This document shows, piece after piece, positions 18,674 to 20,000 of a DNA stretch of 20,000 nucleotides. The translations under genes were made by a program, and so were the position numbers. Source of the stretch: Amoeboaphelidium occidentale (Eukaryota); contig JALGPX010000046.1 of NCBI GenBank assembly GCA_023515795.1, positions 56,080 to 76,079 on the forward strand, written 5' to 3'. The number at the start of each line of letters is the position of its first letter. The first letter of the stretch is position 1. Below the pieces are notes generated by a model, which was not told where the DNA came from, searched no databases, and was given only the letters and a program-made list of their open reading frames with translations.

Positions 18674-19912
18674 CTAAACTTTCTTGATGATCTGCACCAC
18701 ATCTTCATCTTCAAGTACATGTTCTTTACCAACACGCTGAGGCTGATGCTTTGCTGATTTACCCCAAACCAAGGCACATTTGAATTGTTTAATAATGGCT
18801 CTGTGAATCTGATTACAGAAATCTTCCACGCTATGTCTGTCACTTTTCAACACAACAGGTGAGGAGTAGTCAGGCAATTGCCCTTTAGGTTTAGTATACA
18901 CTCTGCACAGTCTTAGCTTTTCCCACATCTTGAAACAATTAAAAAAAATAAACAGTCATTAATCTTACCATTGCGAGCAGTTCATCGTAGTTCCAGTCAT
19001 GGTGAGCAGAGATGGGACAACAATTAGGAATATTAGACAAGATCTCTAATTCTTCAATAGAAATCTGATCAATCTTGTTGAGGACGTAAATGCACGGAAC
19101 ATAAATCGGATTAATGTCTCCGATAACGTCCAAGAACTCATCTTCTGTAGCATCACATCTAAAAGTGATATCAGCATTATGGATTTTGTACTCGGACATC
19201 ATCGACTTGATCAAATCATTGGTCAAATGCGTCAGAGTGACCGTCGTTGTGATGTTAATGCCGCCCTTGTCCTTCTTCTTGAAGTAAATGTTTGGTGGTT
19301 GTTTGTTCAAGCGCAGACCGTATCCTTCCAGTTCAGCCTCCAAAATCTTCTTATGCGACAATGGCTTCATAACATCCAGGACCATAAATATAAGCGAACA
19401 AGTTCTTGCGACCGCGATCACTTGTCTACCTCTACCTTTACCATCCTTTGCACCTTCAATGATTCCGGGTAAATCCAGAATCTGGATCTTTGCGCCCTTG
19501 TACTGAATAACACCAGGAACTTTATAATTAGTAAACCTCCTTAAATTAAATCGGAAAATTACCTGTAGTCAAAGTTGTGAATTCGTACGCGCCAACTTCT
19601 GAATGCGTTCCTGTCAATTTACTCATCAGCGTAGACTTCCCCACAGACGGAAATCCAATAAACCCAACACGGGCCACACCGGTCTTTGCAACATCGAAAC
19701 CAACTGAAGAGTATTAGTTGATGCTCTTTGGGAAATATCACGGAAAGCGTACCTCCAGGCCCTGATCCACCAACTGATTTTGGCTCCAATAGTTCCTTAC
19801 GCAATTTAGCGAGTTTGGCTTTCAAAAGACCAATGTGGTGCATTGTCGCTTTATTCTTTTGTGTGCGAGCGAGTTCATCCTCAATGTCTTTAATTTTCTG
19901 CACGACAGACAT
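18674..19912 (-). CDS. DRG1: Developmentally regulated GTP-binding protein 1 (Rbg1), 368 aa; introns 19752-19704, 19562-19520, 18968-18929
   Basis: [44 protein letters not shown], and TGS domain [12 protein letters not shown]. Three GT-AG introns keep the frame. Confidence 0.96.
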
Positions 19913-20000
19913 CCTCTAGTTTGATGAGTTTAAGTAATCAGCACTTTTGTGCTACGTTATTCAGCACTAGAATGAAAAACGCGGAATTCCAATCACTCAA

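Noticed and set aside
1..20000. CRISPR arrays, transposons, tRNA/rRNA genes, alternative genetic code
   Set aside because: No repeats, transposase or tRNA/rRNA signatures seen. TAA, TAG and TGA all act as stops at conserved C-termini, and in-frame stops are explained by introns.

Overview
Very compact, intron-containing eukaryotic DNA using the standard code. It is most consistent with an early-diverging fungus or Rozellomycota-like genome (inference from gene content, 34-51 nt GT-AG introns with CTAAY-like branch sites, and 18-61 nt intergenic gaps). Twelve housekeeping genes were reconstructed by hand: PAT1 (partial), RPS30, TAD2, COG1, ARFRP1/ARL3, COQ10, a CYTH/TTM3-like enzyme, TFIIIC subunit TFC3, a BRAT1-like ARM protein, tomosyn/Sro7, a NUDT7/8-like CoA pyrophosphatase and DRG1/RBG1. 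Only two gaps are long. The 626-nt gap at 11518-12143 holds the main finding: a ~336-nt minus-strand RNA with the architecture of a composite box C/D + H/ACA guide RNA (U85/U87-type scaRNA), with a guide complementary to U5 snRNA loop 1. The 406-nt gap at 6432-6837 is unexplained; it has several hairpins and a uORF whose stop overlaps the CYTH start. The RPS30 intron is more than twice the normal length and contains a strong stem-loop.
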